64,000 nt of DNA from an uncultured Gammaproteobacteria bacterium (GCA_963746325.1 CAVVBC010000010.1:5493-69492); one strand, 5' to 3'; numbered from the stretch's first letter, positions 22,791 to 34,466 are shown. Translations and numbers: made by a program. The notes: a model not told the origin generated them from the sequence alone.

Positions 22791-24338
22791 TCAGACCGCC
22801 GCGGCGGGCGGCGTGTCGTTTTCGTGGCTGTCGGCGCCGCGGCGGCGCGAGGACTCGATGGCGTTGATCACTTCGATGAAGGCCCGCACGCCGGACTCGA
22901 CGATGTCGGTCGTGACGCTGGTGCCGCGGTAGCTGCGATTGTTGAACTCGCACGTCACGACGGCCTCGCCCTGGGCGTCCTCGCCGCTCGACACGCTGCG
23001 GACCTCGAACTTGCGCAGCTTGACGAACGTCCCGGTCGCCTGCTCGATCGACTTGAGCGCGGCGTCCACCGGGCCGTCGCCCGTCGATTCCTGGGTGACG
23101 ATGCGGCCGTCGGTGTGGCGCAGCACGACGCGGCCCGACGCGAACCGGCTCGAGTCGCTGACGACGTGCAGGTTCTCGAGGTGCCACGGGCCCGACTCGA
23201 TCTCGTGCTTCAGCACCAGCGCCTCGATGTCGCCGTCGAAGAGTTCCTTTTTCTTGTCGGCCAGCGCCTTGAAGTCGTCGAACACGCGCGACAATTCGGC
23301 GTCCGAGAGCTCGAAGCCCAGTTCCTTGATGCGCTCGCGCAGCGCCGCGCGGCCGCTGTGCTTGCCCAGCACGAGGTTGGTGCGCGACATGCCGACGTCG
23401 TGCGGCCGCATGATCTCGTAGGTGGAATGGTGCTTGAGCATGCCGTGCTGGTGGATGCCCGACTCGTGCGCAAACGCGTTCTCGCCCACGACCGCCTTGT
23501 TGCGCGGGATGGGCATGCCCGTGATGCTCGAGAGCAGGCGGCTGGTCGGGAACAGGCGCTTGGTGTCGATGCCGGTGTGCAGGCCGTAGAGACCCTTGCG
23601 CACGTCGAGCGCCATGGTGATTTCCTCGAGCGAGGCGTTGCCCGCTCGCTCGCCGATGCCGTTGATCGTGCACTCGACCTGGCGCGCGCCGCCGCGGATC
23701 GCGGCGAGGCTGTTGGCCACGGCCATGCCGAGGTCGTTGTGGCAGTGCGCGCTGAAGGTGACGTTGTCCGCGCCGCGCACGTTCTGCTCAGGTACGAGAA
23801 GATCTCGAAGTATTCCTCGGGCGTCGTGTAGCCCACGGTGTCGGGCACGTTGATCGTCGTGGCGCCGGCGGCGATCGCGGCTTCGACCACTTCGCCGAGG
23901 AAGTCGAGTTCGGTGCGCGAGGCGTCCTCGGGCGAGAATTCGACGTCCTCGCACAGGCTGCGCGCGTACTTCACGCCCTCGACGGCCGTGTGCACGATCT
24001 GCTCCTTGGCCATGCCGAGCTTGTGCTCGCGATGGATGGCGCTGGTCGCCAGGAACACGTGGATGCGCGGCCTGCGCGGCGACCTTGACGGCGCTCCAGG
24101 CCTTGTCGATGTCCTCGCGGTTGCAGCGTGCGAGGCCCGCGATGATCGGGCCCCGCACTTCGCGGGCGATTTCATGGACGGCTTCCCAGTCGCCGGGGGA
24201 GGCCACGGGGAAACCCGCTTCGATGACGTCCACGCCCAGTTCGGCCAGGGCCCGGGCCAGCCGCAGCTTCTCGGGCTGCGTCATGCTGCAGCCGGGTGAT
24301 TGCTCACCGTCGCGCAGCGTGGTGTCGAAGATCAACAC
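22791..24338 (-). pseudogene. leuA: 2-isopropylmalate synthase, two frameshifts as given
   Basis: (V)LIFDTTLRDGEQSPG, then [17 protein letters not shown], then [16 protein letters not shown] lie in different frames. Shifts are near 24075 and near 23795. An upstream ATG at 24363 is out of frame. Confidence 0.9.
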
Positions 24339-24413
24339 GCGGTTCGGGTCTCTGGCTTGACATGGTTGTCACCGTTGCGGGGTCGTCGAATGCGGCGGAG
24401 GGTTGCGTCGGCC

Positions 24414-25400
24414 TCAGCCCTGGTTCAGCCAGGGCATGCGGCCACGCAGGCCGGCGCCCACCTTCTCGATGGGATGCGCCAGGTCCTTCTTCATCAGGGC
24501 GTCGTACTTCTTGCGGCCGGTCTTGTTCTCGCGGATCCAGACGCGCGCGAAGCTGCCGTCCTGGATCTCGCCCAGGATCTTCTTCATCTCCTTCTTGGTC
24601 GCCTTGTTGACGACGCGCGGGCCGCGCGTGAGGTCGCCCCACTTGGCGGTGTGCGAGATGTACTTGTGCATCTTGGCGAGGCCGCCTTCGTGCAGCAGGT
24701 CGACGATCAGCTTCAATTCGTGCATGCACTCGTAGTACGCGACCTCGGGCTGGTAGCCGGCTTCGACCAGCGTCTCGTAGCCCTTGAGCACGAGTTCGGT
24801 GGCACCGCCGCACAGCACGGCCTGTTCGCCGAACAGGTCGGTCTCGGTCTCTTCCTTGAACGTCGTCTGGATGACGCCGGCGCGCGTGCCGCCGATGCCG
24901 TCAGCGTAGGCGAGGGCCTTCGCGTGGGCTTTGCCCGAGGCGTCCTGTGCCACTGCGATCAGGCACGGCACGCCGCGGCCTTCCTGGAACTGCCGGCGCA
25001 CGAGGCCGCCCGGTCCCTTCGGTGCGATCAGCACGACGTCGAGGTCCTTGCGCGGCTTGATCTGCTTGAAGTGGATGTTGAAGCCGTGCGCGAACAGCAG
25101 CGTCGCGCCCTTGGCGAGGTTCGGCAGGATTTCCTTGTAGTTCTCGGCCTGGGTCGTGTCCGGCGTCAGCAGCGCGACGAGCGTGGCGCCCTTGACGGCT
25201 GCCGCAGGCACGGCGACCGCGAGGCCGTCTTTCTTGGCCTGCTTCCAGCTGTCGCCCTTGCGCACGCCGATGACGACGTCGAAGCCCGAGTCCTTGAGGT
25301 TCAACGCATGCGCGCGACCCTGGCTGCCGTAGCCCACGACGGCGATCCTGGCGCCCTTCAGTGCTTTCTTGTCGACGTCTTTCTTCGAATACGCACGCAT
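24414..25400 (-). CDS. ilvC: ketol-acid reductoisomerase (class I)
   Basis: 328 aa with [19 protein letters not shown]. Intact. Confidence 0.95.
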   Translation of the reverse strand: MRAYSKKDVDKKALKGARIAVVGYGSQGRAHALNLKDSGFDVVIGVRKGDSWKQAKKDGLAVAVPAAAVKGATLVALLTPDTTQAENYKEILPNLAKGATLLFAHGFNIHFKQIKPRKDLDVVLIAPKGPGGLVRRQFQEGRGVPCLIAVAQDASGKAHAKALAYADGIGGTRAGVIQTTFKEETETDLFGEQAVLCGGATELVLKGYETLVEAGYQPEVAYYECMHELKLIVDLLHEGGLAKMHKYISHTAKWGDLTRGPRVVNKATKKEMKKILGEIQDGSFARVWIRENKTGRKKYDALMKKDLAHPIEKVGAGLRGRMPWLNQG

Positions 25401-25446
25401 CTTTGCAATCTCCTCGGGTCCTGAACGTTTTGCCGGTACTGAAACG

Positions 25447-25483
25447 TAAAAAACCCCGCGCCGGCCGGCTCGCCGTGCGGGGT
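25447..25483 (-). terminator. attenuator terminator in the ilvC leader
   Basis: The minus strand reads CCCCGCAC...GCGCGGGG followed by TTTTTT, about 45 nt upstream of the ilvC ATG. Confidence 0.7.
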
Positions 25484-25511
25484 TTCGGTGTCCAATCGCG
25501 CGTGTGCGCTC

Positions 25512-25622
25512 TCAGCCCGTAGCCCCGCACCTCCGCAGGGGAAGCAGGGTAAGGGACGCAAGCAGCAGGCCGGCCAGCAGAGTGACCGGTGTCGAAGGGA
25601 ACGAGTCGAGCGACGACCGCAT
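25512..25622 (-). CDS. candidate Leu-rich leader peptide of the ilvC-leu operon
   Basis: MRSSLDSFPSTPVTLLAGLLLASLTLLPLRRCGATG has 10 Leu in 36 aa. Its last codons (GUGCGGGG) are complementary to the 5' half of the terminator. Confidence 0.45.
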   Translation of the reverse strand: MRSSLDSFPSTPVTLLAGLLLASLTLLPLRRCGATG

Positions 25623-25802
25623 CCAGCGCCTGCGTTTAATGGAGAGCGAAAAAGTAGGGTGCGGATAGCAGCACAGCGCGCCGTCCATTGTCAACCGCAG
25701 TGCAAAAAGAGTGAGTCCATAAGAGTGCGGCGGGATGAGCCGCCGTATCCCGCAGGCGGCGCTGTAAACTAGTCGCAGCCCCCGCACCGGAGCCATTCAC
25801 CC

Positions 25803-27214
25803 GTGGATTTTCTCATCGACAGCGCCGGCGCTGACGCTGCCGCGCCTGCGCTCCCGCTGGCGCTCGTCACGCACGCCGAACTGGCCGCCTGGCTCGCCAA
25901 CCAGGATGCGGCTACCCGGGCGTGGCTGCAGTCCCATCAGTTCAAGGCCGATCGCCACCAGGTCGTGCTGCTGCCTGCCGCGGATGGCCGCGTGCTCGGT
26001 GCCGTCGTCGGCCTGGGTGCACTGGCCGCGCTCGAGGCGCTCGAGCTCTGGCATGCGGCGGGCCTGCCGGAGCGGCTGCCCGCGGCCACCACCTGGCGCG
26101 TCACCAACGAACTCGCGCCGGCAGCCGCAACCGCGTTCGCGTTGGGCTGGGCTTACGGCAGCTACCGCTTCGATGCCTACAAGTCCGCAGCCCGCAGCGC
26201 TGTCGCGCGCGCGCGGCTGGTCGCTGCACCAGGCGTGGACGTTGCACAGGTGGCGCGACAGGCGGCGGCGACAGCGCTGGCTCGCGACCTGGTGAACACG
26301 CCGGCGTGCGACATGACGCCCGAACGCCTGGCAGCCGAGGCGATCCGCATCGCGCGTGAGCACGGCGCCGTGCCGCAGGAAATCATCGGTGACGATCTGC
26401 GGCGCGGCTTCCCCGCGATTCATGCGGTCGGGCAGGCGTCCGTCAGCGCACCGCGTCTCGTGGACTTTGCGTGGGGCGATCCGGCGCATCCCAAGGTGAC
26501 GCTCGTCGGCAAGGGCGTGTGCTTCGACACCGGCGGCCTCGACATCAAGCCCGCCGCGGGCATGGCGTTGATGAAGAAGGACATGGGCGGCGCAGCGTGC
26601 GTGCTGGGCCTGGCGCAGCTGGTGATGGCGTCACGCTTGCCGGTGCGCCTGCGCGTGCTGGTGCCCGCAGTCGAGAACGCGATCGCCGGCAATGCCTATC
26701 GTCCCGGCGACGTGATCCGCACGCGCAAGGGCCTCACCGTCGAAATCGGCAACACGGATGCCGAAGGCCGGCTCGTGCTCTGTGACGCGCTGGCGCTGGC
26801 AGACGACGAGCGACCCGACCTGCTGATCGACCTGGCGACACTGACGGGCGCCGCACGCGTCGCGCTCGGTCCCGAATTGCCGGCGCTGTTCGGTACCCGG
26901 CAGCAGACGATCGACGAACTGCTGCGACACGGCCGCGAGCAAGCCGACCCGTTGTGGCAGATGCCGCTCTGGAGTGGGTACGACGACGATTTCTCGAGCA
27001 AGGTGGCCGACATCAACAACGCCTCGGCGTCGGCTTTCGCCGGCGCCATCATCGGCGCGCTGTACCTGCGCCGGTTCGTCACGCAGACGACCGGACTGGC
27101 TGCACGTCGACCTGTTCGCCTGGAACCCGAAAGAGCGGCCGGGGCGGCCGGTCGGCGCCGAGGCCCACGCGGTGCGCGCGCTGTTCGCGCATGCTGGCCG
27201 CGCGTTATGCGTAA
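25803..27214 (+). pseudogene. M17 leucyl aminopeptidase family protein, two frameshifts near the 3' end as given
   Basis: VGKGVCFDTGGLDIKP and NTDAEGRLVLCDAL. The C-terminus continues as WLHVDLFAWNP and then LAARYA* in other frames. Shifts are near 27095 and near 27190. Confidence 0.8.
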
Positions 27215-27236
27215 GGCAGGTCGAGCACACGGGGCG

Positions 27237-27306
27237 GGTCGGTTCAGTGGCTCGTCCGGAGCGCGTGTCTGCCTTTCCAAGCTCAGGACGAGCCACTGAA
27301 CCGACC
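27237..27306 (-). repeat. conserved-loop hairpin element, copy C
   Basis: Arms 27237-27257 / 27286-27306 pair 21/21. Loop 27258-27285 is gGAGCGCGTGTCTGCCTTTCCAAGCTCa. Confidence 0.9.
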
Positions 27307-27312
27307 TGCCAC

Positions 27313-28625
27313 GTGATCGACCTGCGCTACGAGCGGCGTGCCTGGACGCTGATCTACCTGTGCCTCGGCCTGGTCGAGGGCGGCACGGCCGCGGTGATGG
27401 TGCGCGCGCTGTTCGGCGACCAGGCGCCGCGCGCTCGCGGTCGACCTCGTGGTCGCGCTGTCGTCAGTGCCGCGCCGGCGTGGTCGAACCTCGCGAGCAT
27501 GGCGTATGCGCGACGCGCGCAGGGGCAGCGCAAGATTTCATTCCTGTTTCCGCTGCTGCTCGCGCTGACGGCCTGCGTGGGCGCGCTGGCGCTGGTGCCG
27601 CAAGAGCGGGGCAGGGCTGCTGCTGTTCCTGGCGCTGTACGCAGCGGCCCGGCTGCTGTGGGCCGGCGTCGAAACCGTGCGCTCGGTGCTCTGGAGCGTG
27701 AACTACCCGGCGCGGCTGCGGGCACGCATCACCGGCCGCATCACCGTCAACACGTCGATCGCGCTCGCGATCACGGGCCTCGGCATCGGCTGGCTGCTGG
27801 GCCACGACGGACCGTGGTGGCGACTGGCGATCGTCGCGGGCGCCGGCTGCGGCGTGGCCGGCGCGCTGGCGTTCCGCCAGTTCAAGGTGCGCCGCGAAGA
27901 CGACCTGCTGGCCGCGGAGCGCAGCCCGGCTGGAGGAGGGCGCGTCATTCGGCATCGGCGGCATGCGCGAGTTGCTGGCCCGCGACGAGCCGTTCCGGCG
28001 GTATCAATACGCGATGTCGGTGTTCGGCGCCGGCATGCTGTCGCTGACGCCGCTGATGGTGATCTGCCTCGGCGACGTGCTGGGCCTGCCGGCGCTGTGG
28101 CAGGTGCTGGTCATGACGGCGGTGCCGGTGCTCGTGGTGCCGTTCGCGATCCAGCCCTGGGCGCGTTACCTGGACCTGCAACCGGGTGGTCGCGTTCCGC
28201 TCGGTCCACGGCAAGGTCACGCTGGTCGCGGTCGCACTGCTGGTTGCCGCCGTGCTGTTGCAGGGTGCCGTGGCTGCTGGCGCCCGGGCTCGCTGCTGCT
28301 CGGCACGAGCCTCGCGGCGGGCAATCTCGGCTGGACCCTGGGCCACAACGACTTCGCGCCCCGCGGCGAGGAAACACGCTACATGGCGCTGCATGTGACG
28401 CTGACCGGCATGCGCGGGCTGGTCGCGCCGCCCCTCACGATCGGCTTCTATCACCTGCTCGACCACCTGCGAACCGGACTCGGTCCGGGCGCGCTGCTGC
28501 TGCCGTTGCTGCTCGTGGGCAGCGGCGCGTATCAGTTCCACACGCATGCGCCGCGCGCAGCTCGCGGCAAACGCGGCGTGACCGCTGCGCGGCCAGACCG
28601 CACAATGACCCCGACTGCAACATGA
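27313..28625 (+). pseudogene. MFS-type membrane transporter, at least 5 frameshifts as given
   Basis: Hydrophobic segments are spread over all three frames: VIDLRYERRAWTLIYLCLGLVEGG, GLLLFLALYAAARLLWAGVETVRSVLWSVNYP, GMRELLARDEPFRRYQYAMSVFGAG, VAFRSVHGKVTLVAVALLVAAV and LLLGTSLAAGNLGW. Confidence 0.55.
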
Positions 28626-28638
28626 CCGGAGCCCTGCG

Positions 28639-30602
28639 ATGAGCCGACGCAAAGTAGACACCCGCCCGTATTCCAAGCTCGTGTTCGACGGCGTCAAGCA
28701 GACGGCGAGCCGGGCGATGCTGCGTGCGGTCGGGTTTCGCGCGACCGCGATTTCAAGAAGCCGCAGGTCGGCATCGCCTCGACCTGGAGCATGGTCACGC
28801 CGTGCAACATGCACATCGACAAGCTCGCCGACGCCGCGGCCAAGGGCGCGAACGCGGCCGGCGGCAAGAGCACGATCTTCGGCACCATCACGATCTCCGA
28901 CGGCATCTCGATGGGCACGCGAGGGCATGCAATACTCGCTCGTCTCGCGCGAGGTCATCGCCGACTCGATCGAGACGGTGGTGGGCTGCGAGGGCTTCGA
29001 CGGCCTCGTGGCGATCGGCGGCTGCGACAAGAACATGCCCGGCTGCATGATGGCGATCGCGCGGCTGAATCGTCCCGCGGTCTTCGTCTATGGCGGCACG
29101 ATCCTGCCCGGGCGGTCGCAACGGACAGAAGCGCGACATCGTCTCCGTGTTCGAGGCCGTCGGCGCGCACGCCGCCGGCACGATCAGCGACAAGCAGCTG
29201 CAAGCAGGTCGAGAGCACGGCGATTCCCGGCGCGGGCTCGCTGCGGCGGCATGTACACGGCCAACACGATGGCCTCCGCGATCGAGGCGCTCGGCATGAG
29301 CCTGCCGCAACAGCTCCGCGCAGGACGCGATTTCGCGCCGACAAAGCGCGCCGATGCCGAGCAGGCGGGCGCCGCCGTCGTCGAACCTGATCAAGCGCGG
29401 CATCCGGCCGTGCGACATCCTGACGCGCGAGGCCTTCGAGAACGCCATCACCGTGGTCATCGCGCTCGGCGGCTCGACCAACGCCGTGCTGCACCTGCTC
29501 GCGATCGCGCACGCCGCCGGCGTGACGCTGGCACTCGACGACTTCACCCGCATCGGCAAGCGCGTGCCGGTGCTCGCCGACCTGCAAGCCGAGCGGCCGC
29601 TACTTCGATGTCCGAACTGGTCGCCATCGGCGGCATCCGCCGCTGATGAAGATGCTGCTCGACGCCGGCCTGCTGCACGGCGATTGCCTGACCGTCACCG
29701 GCAAGACGCTGGCCGCAGAACCTGGCGCGCGTGAAGCCGTATCCGAAGCGGCCAGGACATCGATTCGCCCGCTCGACCAACCCGATCAAGAACGACAGCC
29801 ACCTCGTGATGCTGTACGGCAACCTCGCGCCCGACGGCGCGGTGGCCAAGATCACCGGCAAGGAAGGGCTCAAGTTCACCGGCACGGCGCGCGTATTCGA
29901 CGGCGAGGAGGCCTGCGCTGCAGGCGATCCTCGATGGCACGGTGAAGACGGGCGACGTGATCGTCATCCGCTACGAAGGCCCGCGCGGCGGCCCGGGCAT
30001 GCGCGAGATGCTGAGCCCGACCGGCCGCGATCATGGGCAAGGGCCTCGGCGACAAGGTCGCGCTGATCACCGACGGCCGATTCTCGGGCGGCAGCCACGG
30101 CTTCGTCGTCGGCCACGTCACGCCGGAGGCCGCGCTCGGCGGCCCGCTCGCGCTCGTGCACGACGGTGACTCCATCAGCATCGACGCGACGAAGAAAGAA
30201 TTGTCGGTGGACGTCGCGCCGGCCGAGCTCGCGCGCCGGCGTGCGGGCTGGCAACCGCGCGCGCCGTATGCCACGCGCGGCGTGCTCGCAAAATACGCCG
30301 AACTCGTGAGCAGCGCGTCGCTTGGCGCCGTCACGGATCGCGGCTCTGCGGGTCGCAAAGGGGCAGGATTGAAACGCTCCGGCTGCATGGGTGAAGCGAA
30401 GAAGTGTTGTGTTGCGCAACCCGCGTCGGTAAAGTCCGACCGCCGCCAGAAACGCTCCGGCAGCGGTTTGACCGGAACGGCTTTGTTTCGTGTTGCAATG
30501 CAGCATTCGGCGAGAAGAAAGACGGCAATCGCGCTGACCGAATTGCATGGCCCCTCAACGGGCATGCATCGATCTTCGCGGACCAGCATCAGGGGTTGCT
30601 AG
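28639..30602 (+). pseudogene. ilvD: dihydroxy-acid dehydratase, at least 12 frameshifts as given
   Basis: [64 protein letters not shown] and [16 protein letters not shown] are scattered over three frames, with switches between ~28740 and ~30030. Homology ends near 30340 (GAVTD), so the tail to the stop at 30602 looks non-coding. Confidence 0.85.
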
Positions 30603-30691
30603 GGTGGATGGAGGTCTTGTAGTGTCGGCGGTCCCGGGGAGGGCGCGGCCTGAGGCCTGAGATACCTTGCGCCCACATACGTGGAGGGGAA

Positions 30692-31349
30692 GTGGCTTAC
30701 AGTTATTCGATCGACGATCCGGCAAAAAACAGCAAGCGCACGCTGGCGTTCGTCTTGGTCGTCGCCATCCATGCGTTCTTCTTCTGGGTCCTCGCGTCCG
30801 GGCTGGGTGCCAAGATGGTGCAGACCGTCATGGGCCCCGTCGAGACCAAGATCATCGAGGAACTCCCCGATGACAACAAGGAGCCGCCACCCCCGCCGCC
30901 CTGACATCGAGCAGCCGCCGCCTTACGTGCCGCCGCCCGAAGTGTCGGTCGACCTCGCCATCGACACGGGCCCGACCACGGCGATCTCGAACGCGACGTC
31001 GGAACGGCCGGTAGCTGCGCCGCCGCCGGTTGCACCGAAGCCGGTCGAGCGCGCCACCGTCAAGACGCCGCCGTCCACGTCAGGCAAGGGTGCTCGCATC
31101 ACCCAGCCCGAGTACCCGCCGGCCGCACGCCGCGCCGGGGAGGCAGGCACGGTGCAGTTACGCTGCTTTGTCAGTGAATCCGGTCGCTGCAGCGAAGTTT
31201 CCGTCGTGAAAAGCAGTGGTTTCGACAAGCTCGACGAAGCCGCCGTGAAGGAAGTCCAGCGCAACTGGAAGTTCGTCCCGGGCAAGGAAGATGGCAAGCC
31301 TGTGGCGGCATGGCACACGTTTGCCGTTACCTTCCGCCTCACCGATTGA
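30692..31349 (+). pseudogene. tonB: energy transducer TonB, one frameshift in the proline-rich run as given
   Basis: The N-terminal TM segment and EPPPPPP end at a stop at 30904. The Pro-rich spacer and C-terminal domain (PEYPPAARRAGEAGTV...WKFVPG) are in frame 3. The shift is in ccacccccgccgccc near 30895. Confidence 0.85.
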
Positions 31350-31421
31350 TCCGTCTGTATTGACCCGCAACCGCACCTAACGTCGTATTACCAGTAGAAA
31401 CAGTCACAGGAACCGATCTCA

Positions 31422-32150
31422 ATGGCCACCGAAAGCGTAACCGTCGACAACCCTTACGGAATTGGCGCCCTCTGGGCACAGGGCGACTACGTCGCGAAGG
31501 GCGTCTTGGTCCTCCTCGTCCTGATGTCTGCCTATTCCTGGTTCATCATCTTCACCAAGTGGTGGGAACAGCGCCGTCTGCTGTCGCAGGCCCACGAAGC
31601 CGAGAAGAACTTCTGGGCGGCCGACAACATCAAGACCGGCCTCAACAAGCTGTCCGGCAAGGGCAACATCTTCAAGGGCATGGCCGCTGAAGCCATCGAC
31701 GCCGCCGAGCACCATGACGAGCGCCTCACGCAGCAGGTTCCGCTGCACGAGTGGATCGACAACGTGCTGGCCCGCGCCACGGCTCGCATCAACAGCGCGC
31801 TGTCCACCCAGTTGCCGTTCCTGGCCACCACCGGTTCGACCGCGCCGTTCATCGGCCTGTTCGGCACGGTGTGGGGCATCTACCACGCGCTCGTCGCCAT
31901 CGGCGTGGCCGGTCAGGCCTCGATCGACAAGGTGGCAGGTCCGGTCGGCGAGGCGCTGATCATGACGGCCATCGGCCTCGCGGTCGCGGTGCCCGCGGTG
32001 CTCGGTTACAACTTCCTGCTCGGCCGCAACAAGCAGATCATGGAACGCGTCAAGCTCTTCTCGAACGACCTCGAGCAGGTGATCGTCAGCGGTTCGCGCA
32101 TCGAAGGCGCGGGCGCCAAGGTCATCTCCGGCGGTCCGGCCAAGAAGTAA
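31422..32150 (+). CDS. exbB: MotA/TolQ/ExbB proton channel protein
   Basis: 242 aa with LPFLATTGSTAPFIGLFGTVWGI and AGPVGEALIMTAIGL. Confidence 0.9.
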   Translation: MATESVTVDNPYGIGALWAQGDYVAKGVLVLLVLMSAYSWFIIFTKWWEQRRLLSQAHEAEKNFWAADNIKTGLNKLSGKGNIFKGMAAEAIDAAEHHDERLTQQVPLHEWIDNVLARATARINSALSTQLPFLATTGSTAPFIGLFGTVWGIYHALVAIGVAGQASIDKVAGPVGEALIMTAIGLAVAVPAVLGYNFLLGRNKQIMERVKLFSNDLEQVIVSGSRIEGAGAKVISGGPAKK

Positions 32151-32192
32151 CCAGGCGCCAGCCTGTTCCAATAGCGCGGAGACAGACCGACC

Positions 32193-32630
32193 ATGGGCAT
32201 GAACGTATCTGCGGGCGACTCAGAGATCGACGAAAAGCCGATGTCTGAGATCAACACCACGCCCCTCGTGGACGTGATGCTGGTCATGCTCATCATCTTC
32301 CTGATCACCATCCCGGTGATCACGCAGTCGGTGAAGGTCGAGTTGCCGAAGGCGGCCAACATTCCGACGGCGACCAAGCCCGAGAACATCAACATCGCGG
32401 TTGATTCGCAGGGCAACGTCTACTGGAACACGTCGCTGGTGCCCACGCAGGAAGCGCTGCTCGATCGCCTGAAGTCGATCGCGGTGCTCGAGCCGCAGCC
32501 CGAGGTGCACGTCCGTGGCGACCGCGCCACGGCCTACGAGCACATCGGCCGGGTGATGGTGCTGTCCCAGCGGGCCGGCATCCAGAAGATCGGTTTCATC
32601 ACCGAGCCCGACCGCGGCCTCGCACGCTGA
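32193..32630 (+). CDS. exbD: biopolymer transporter ExbD (first copy)
   Basis: 145 aa with INTTPLVDVMLVMLIIFLIT. Confidence 0.9.
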   Translation: MGMNVSAGDSEIDEKPMSEINTTPLVDVMLVMLIIFLITIPVITQSVKVELPKAANIPTATKPENINIAVDSQGNVYWNTSLVPTQEALLDRLKSIAVLEPQPEVHVRGDRATAYEHIGRVMVLSQRAGIQKIGFITEPDRGLAR

Positions 32631-32651
32631 TCGCTGCAGGAGTCTGAAACG

Positions 32652-33068
32652 ATGAGTATGAGTATTGGTGGCGGCGGCGAAGACGAGCCGATGATGGAAA
32701 TGAACATGACGCCGTTGATCGACGTCCTGCTCGTTCTCCTCGTGATGTTCATCATCACCATCCCGGTGATGACGCATGCCGTGAAGCTGGACATGCCCCG
32801 GCCGAACAATGCGCCGAAGCTGTCCGAACCGGTGGTGATCCAGCTCGAGATCGATTTCGACGGTACCGTGCTCTGGAACGGTACGGCAGTCACGGTCGAC
32901 GACCTCGACACGTACTTCCGCCGCGAGGCAGCGAACGACCCGCAGCCCGAACTGCACATCCGCCCGAACAAGCGCGCGTCGTACGACGTCGTCGCGCGCG
33001 TGTTGGCGGCAGCGCAGCGCAATGGCCTGCTGAAGATCGGTTTCGTCGGCAACGAGCAGTTCATGTAA
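32652..33068 (+). CDS. exbD: biopolymer transporter ExbD (second copy)
   Basis: 138 aa with MNMTPLIDVLLVLLVMFIIT. Confidence 0.9.
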   Translation: MSMSIGGGGEDEPMMEMNMTPLIDVLLVLLVMFIITIPVMTHAVKLDMPRPNNAPKLSEPVVIQLEIDFDGTVLWNGTAVTVDDLDTYFRREAANDPQPELHIRPNKRASYDVVARVLAAAQRNGLLKIGFVGNEQFM

Positions 33069-33213
33069 CGGATGCGTTGCCAACACCGGCCTGGCGGCGG
33101 CAGGTGCTGGCATCGGATCATTAAAAAAGGGGGCTGCCGGAGCGAAGAGCTCCGGCGGCTCTTTCCTTGTCAGCGGGGCGCAAACGTCCCAGTGAGGAAT
33201 TCGATGAGCAAGG

Positions 33214-34421
33214 CGAGTTTTGTTCTCACCGGCGCACTCGCAATCGCGGGTTGGGTTGGCGTGGCCGGCACGATGCTGGTGCTGCCGGCTACGGCAGAGG
33301 CACAGCAGAAGGTCAGCCAGAAGGTGGGAGTGCCGCTGAAGGCGGCGCAGGACGCCATCGCCAAGAAGAAGTGGGATGCCGCGCTTGGCAAGATCAAGGA
33401 AGCCGACGCTGCCCCCGGCAAGACGGCCTTCGATCAGTACAAGATCAACGAGATGCTGTGGTACGTCTACCTGCAGCAGGGCCGCAACGCCGACGCGGCG
33501 CGCGTGCTCGAAGGGCAGATCGCGTCCGGCCAGATGCCGGCCGGTGAAAAAGTCCAGCGCACGAAGACGCTGGCGCAGCTGTATGCCCGTGCGGGCAACT
33601 ATGGCAAGGCCGCTGCCACGGCGCAGCAATACCTGAAGTCCGTTCCGGGCGACAAGGACATGCAGTTGCTGGTCGCCAATGCTTACTACCAGCAGAAGGA
33701 CTACAAGGGCGCCATTGCCGCGGCCGAGCGCGTCATGAAAGGCGGCGGCACGCCGAGCCAGGACCTGCTGCAACTGCTGCTGCGTTCCAATTACGAACTC
33801 GGTGACTCGGCGGGGACGGCGAAAGCGCTCGACCAGTTGCTCAAGTACTACCCGTCGACGGACACGTGGGAACGCGTGCTCGACGGCTACATGAAGACGA
33901 CCAAGCACGACCACGCGCTGATGGCGCTCTATCGCCTGGCTGAAGATGTCGGCGCGCTCAAGACGTCGCGCCAGTACACCGACCTGACACAAGCGCTGGT
34001 CATCGGCGGCTTCGGCCAGGAAGCCGAGCGCGTCATGAACAAGGGCATTTCGAACAACGTGTTCGCCGGTGATGAACTGACCCGAGCCAAGCGCACGCTG
34101 GAGGCAGCCAAGCGCCGTGGCGACATCGAGCGCCAGGCCCTGCCGAAAGCAGCGGCAACGCTGGCAGCGGCGAAGACGGGCGACGAGATGGTCAAGGTCG
34201 GCGAGATGTACTTCAGCGCCGGCGACTACACCAACGCCACTGCGGCCTTGCAGAAGGCCATCGCCAAGGGTGGCATCACCGACCTGGACAATGCCGAGAT
34301 GCTGCTGGGCATCGCCTTGAAGCGCAACGGTGACAAGGCGGGTGCCGCGAAGGCGTTCGATCTGGTCCAGGAGCCGAAGTTCGCCGAGATCGCCAAGCTC
34401 TGGAAGATCGCAGCGCGCTGA
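33214..34421 (+). CDS. secreted tetratricopeptide-repeat protein
   Basis: Signal peptide MSKASFVLTGALAIAGWVGVAGTMLVLPATAEA followed by helical TPR-like repeats. It is a paralogue of the gene at 35039-36329. Confidence 0.75.
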
Positions 34422-34466
34422 GGCTGGGTCGGGCCCGTCTTAGAGCGGGCTGGTTGAATCAGAAGT

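Noticed and set aside
30371-30461. 13-nt direct repeat gaaacgctccggc (30371-30383 and 30449-30461) and an 11-nt palindrome AATGCAGCATT (30497-30507) upstream of tonB, considered as a possible Fur box or operator
   Set aside because: Both are too short to be significant in GC-rich DNA, and neither resembles the Fur consensus I know. They are left unannotated.
30880-30905. Programmed ribosomal frameshift in the tonB proline-rich run (and at other shift sites)
   Set aside because: There is no slippery heptamer or downstream structure. Dozens of unrelated genes show the same kind of break, so indel error is far more parsimonious.
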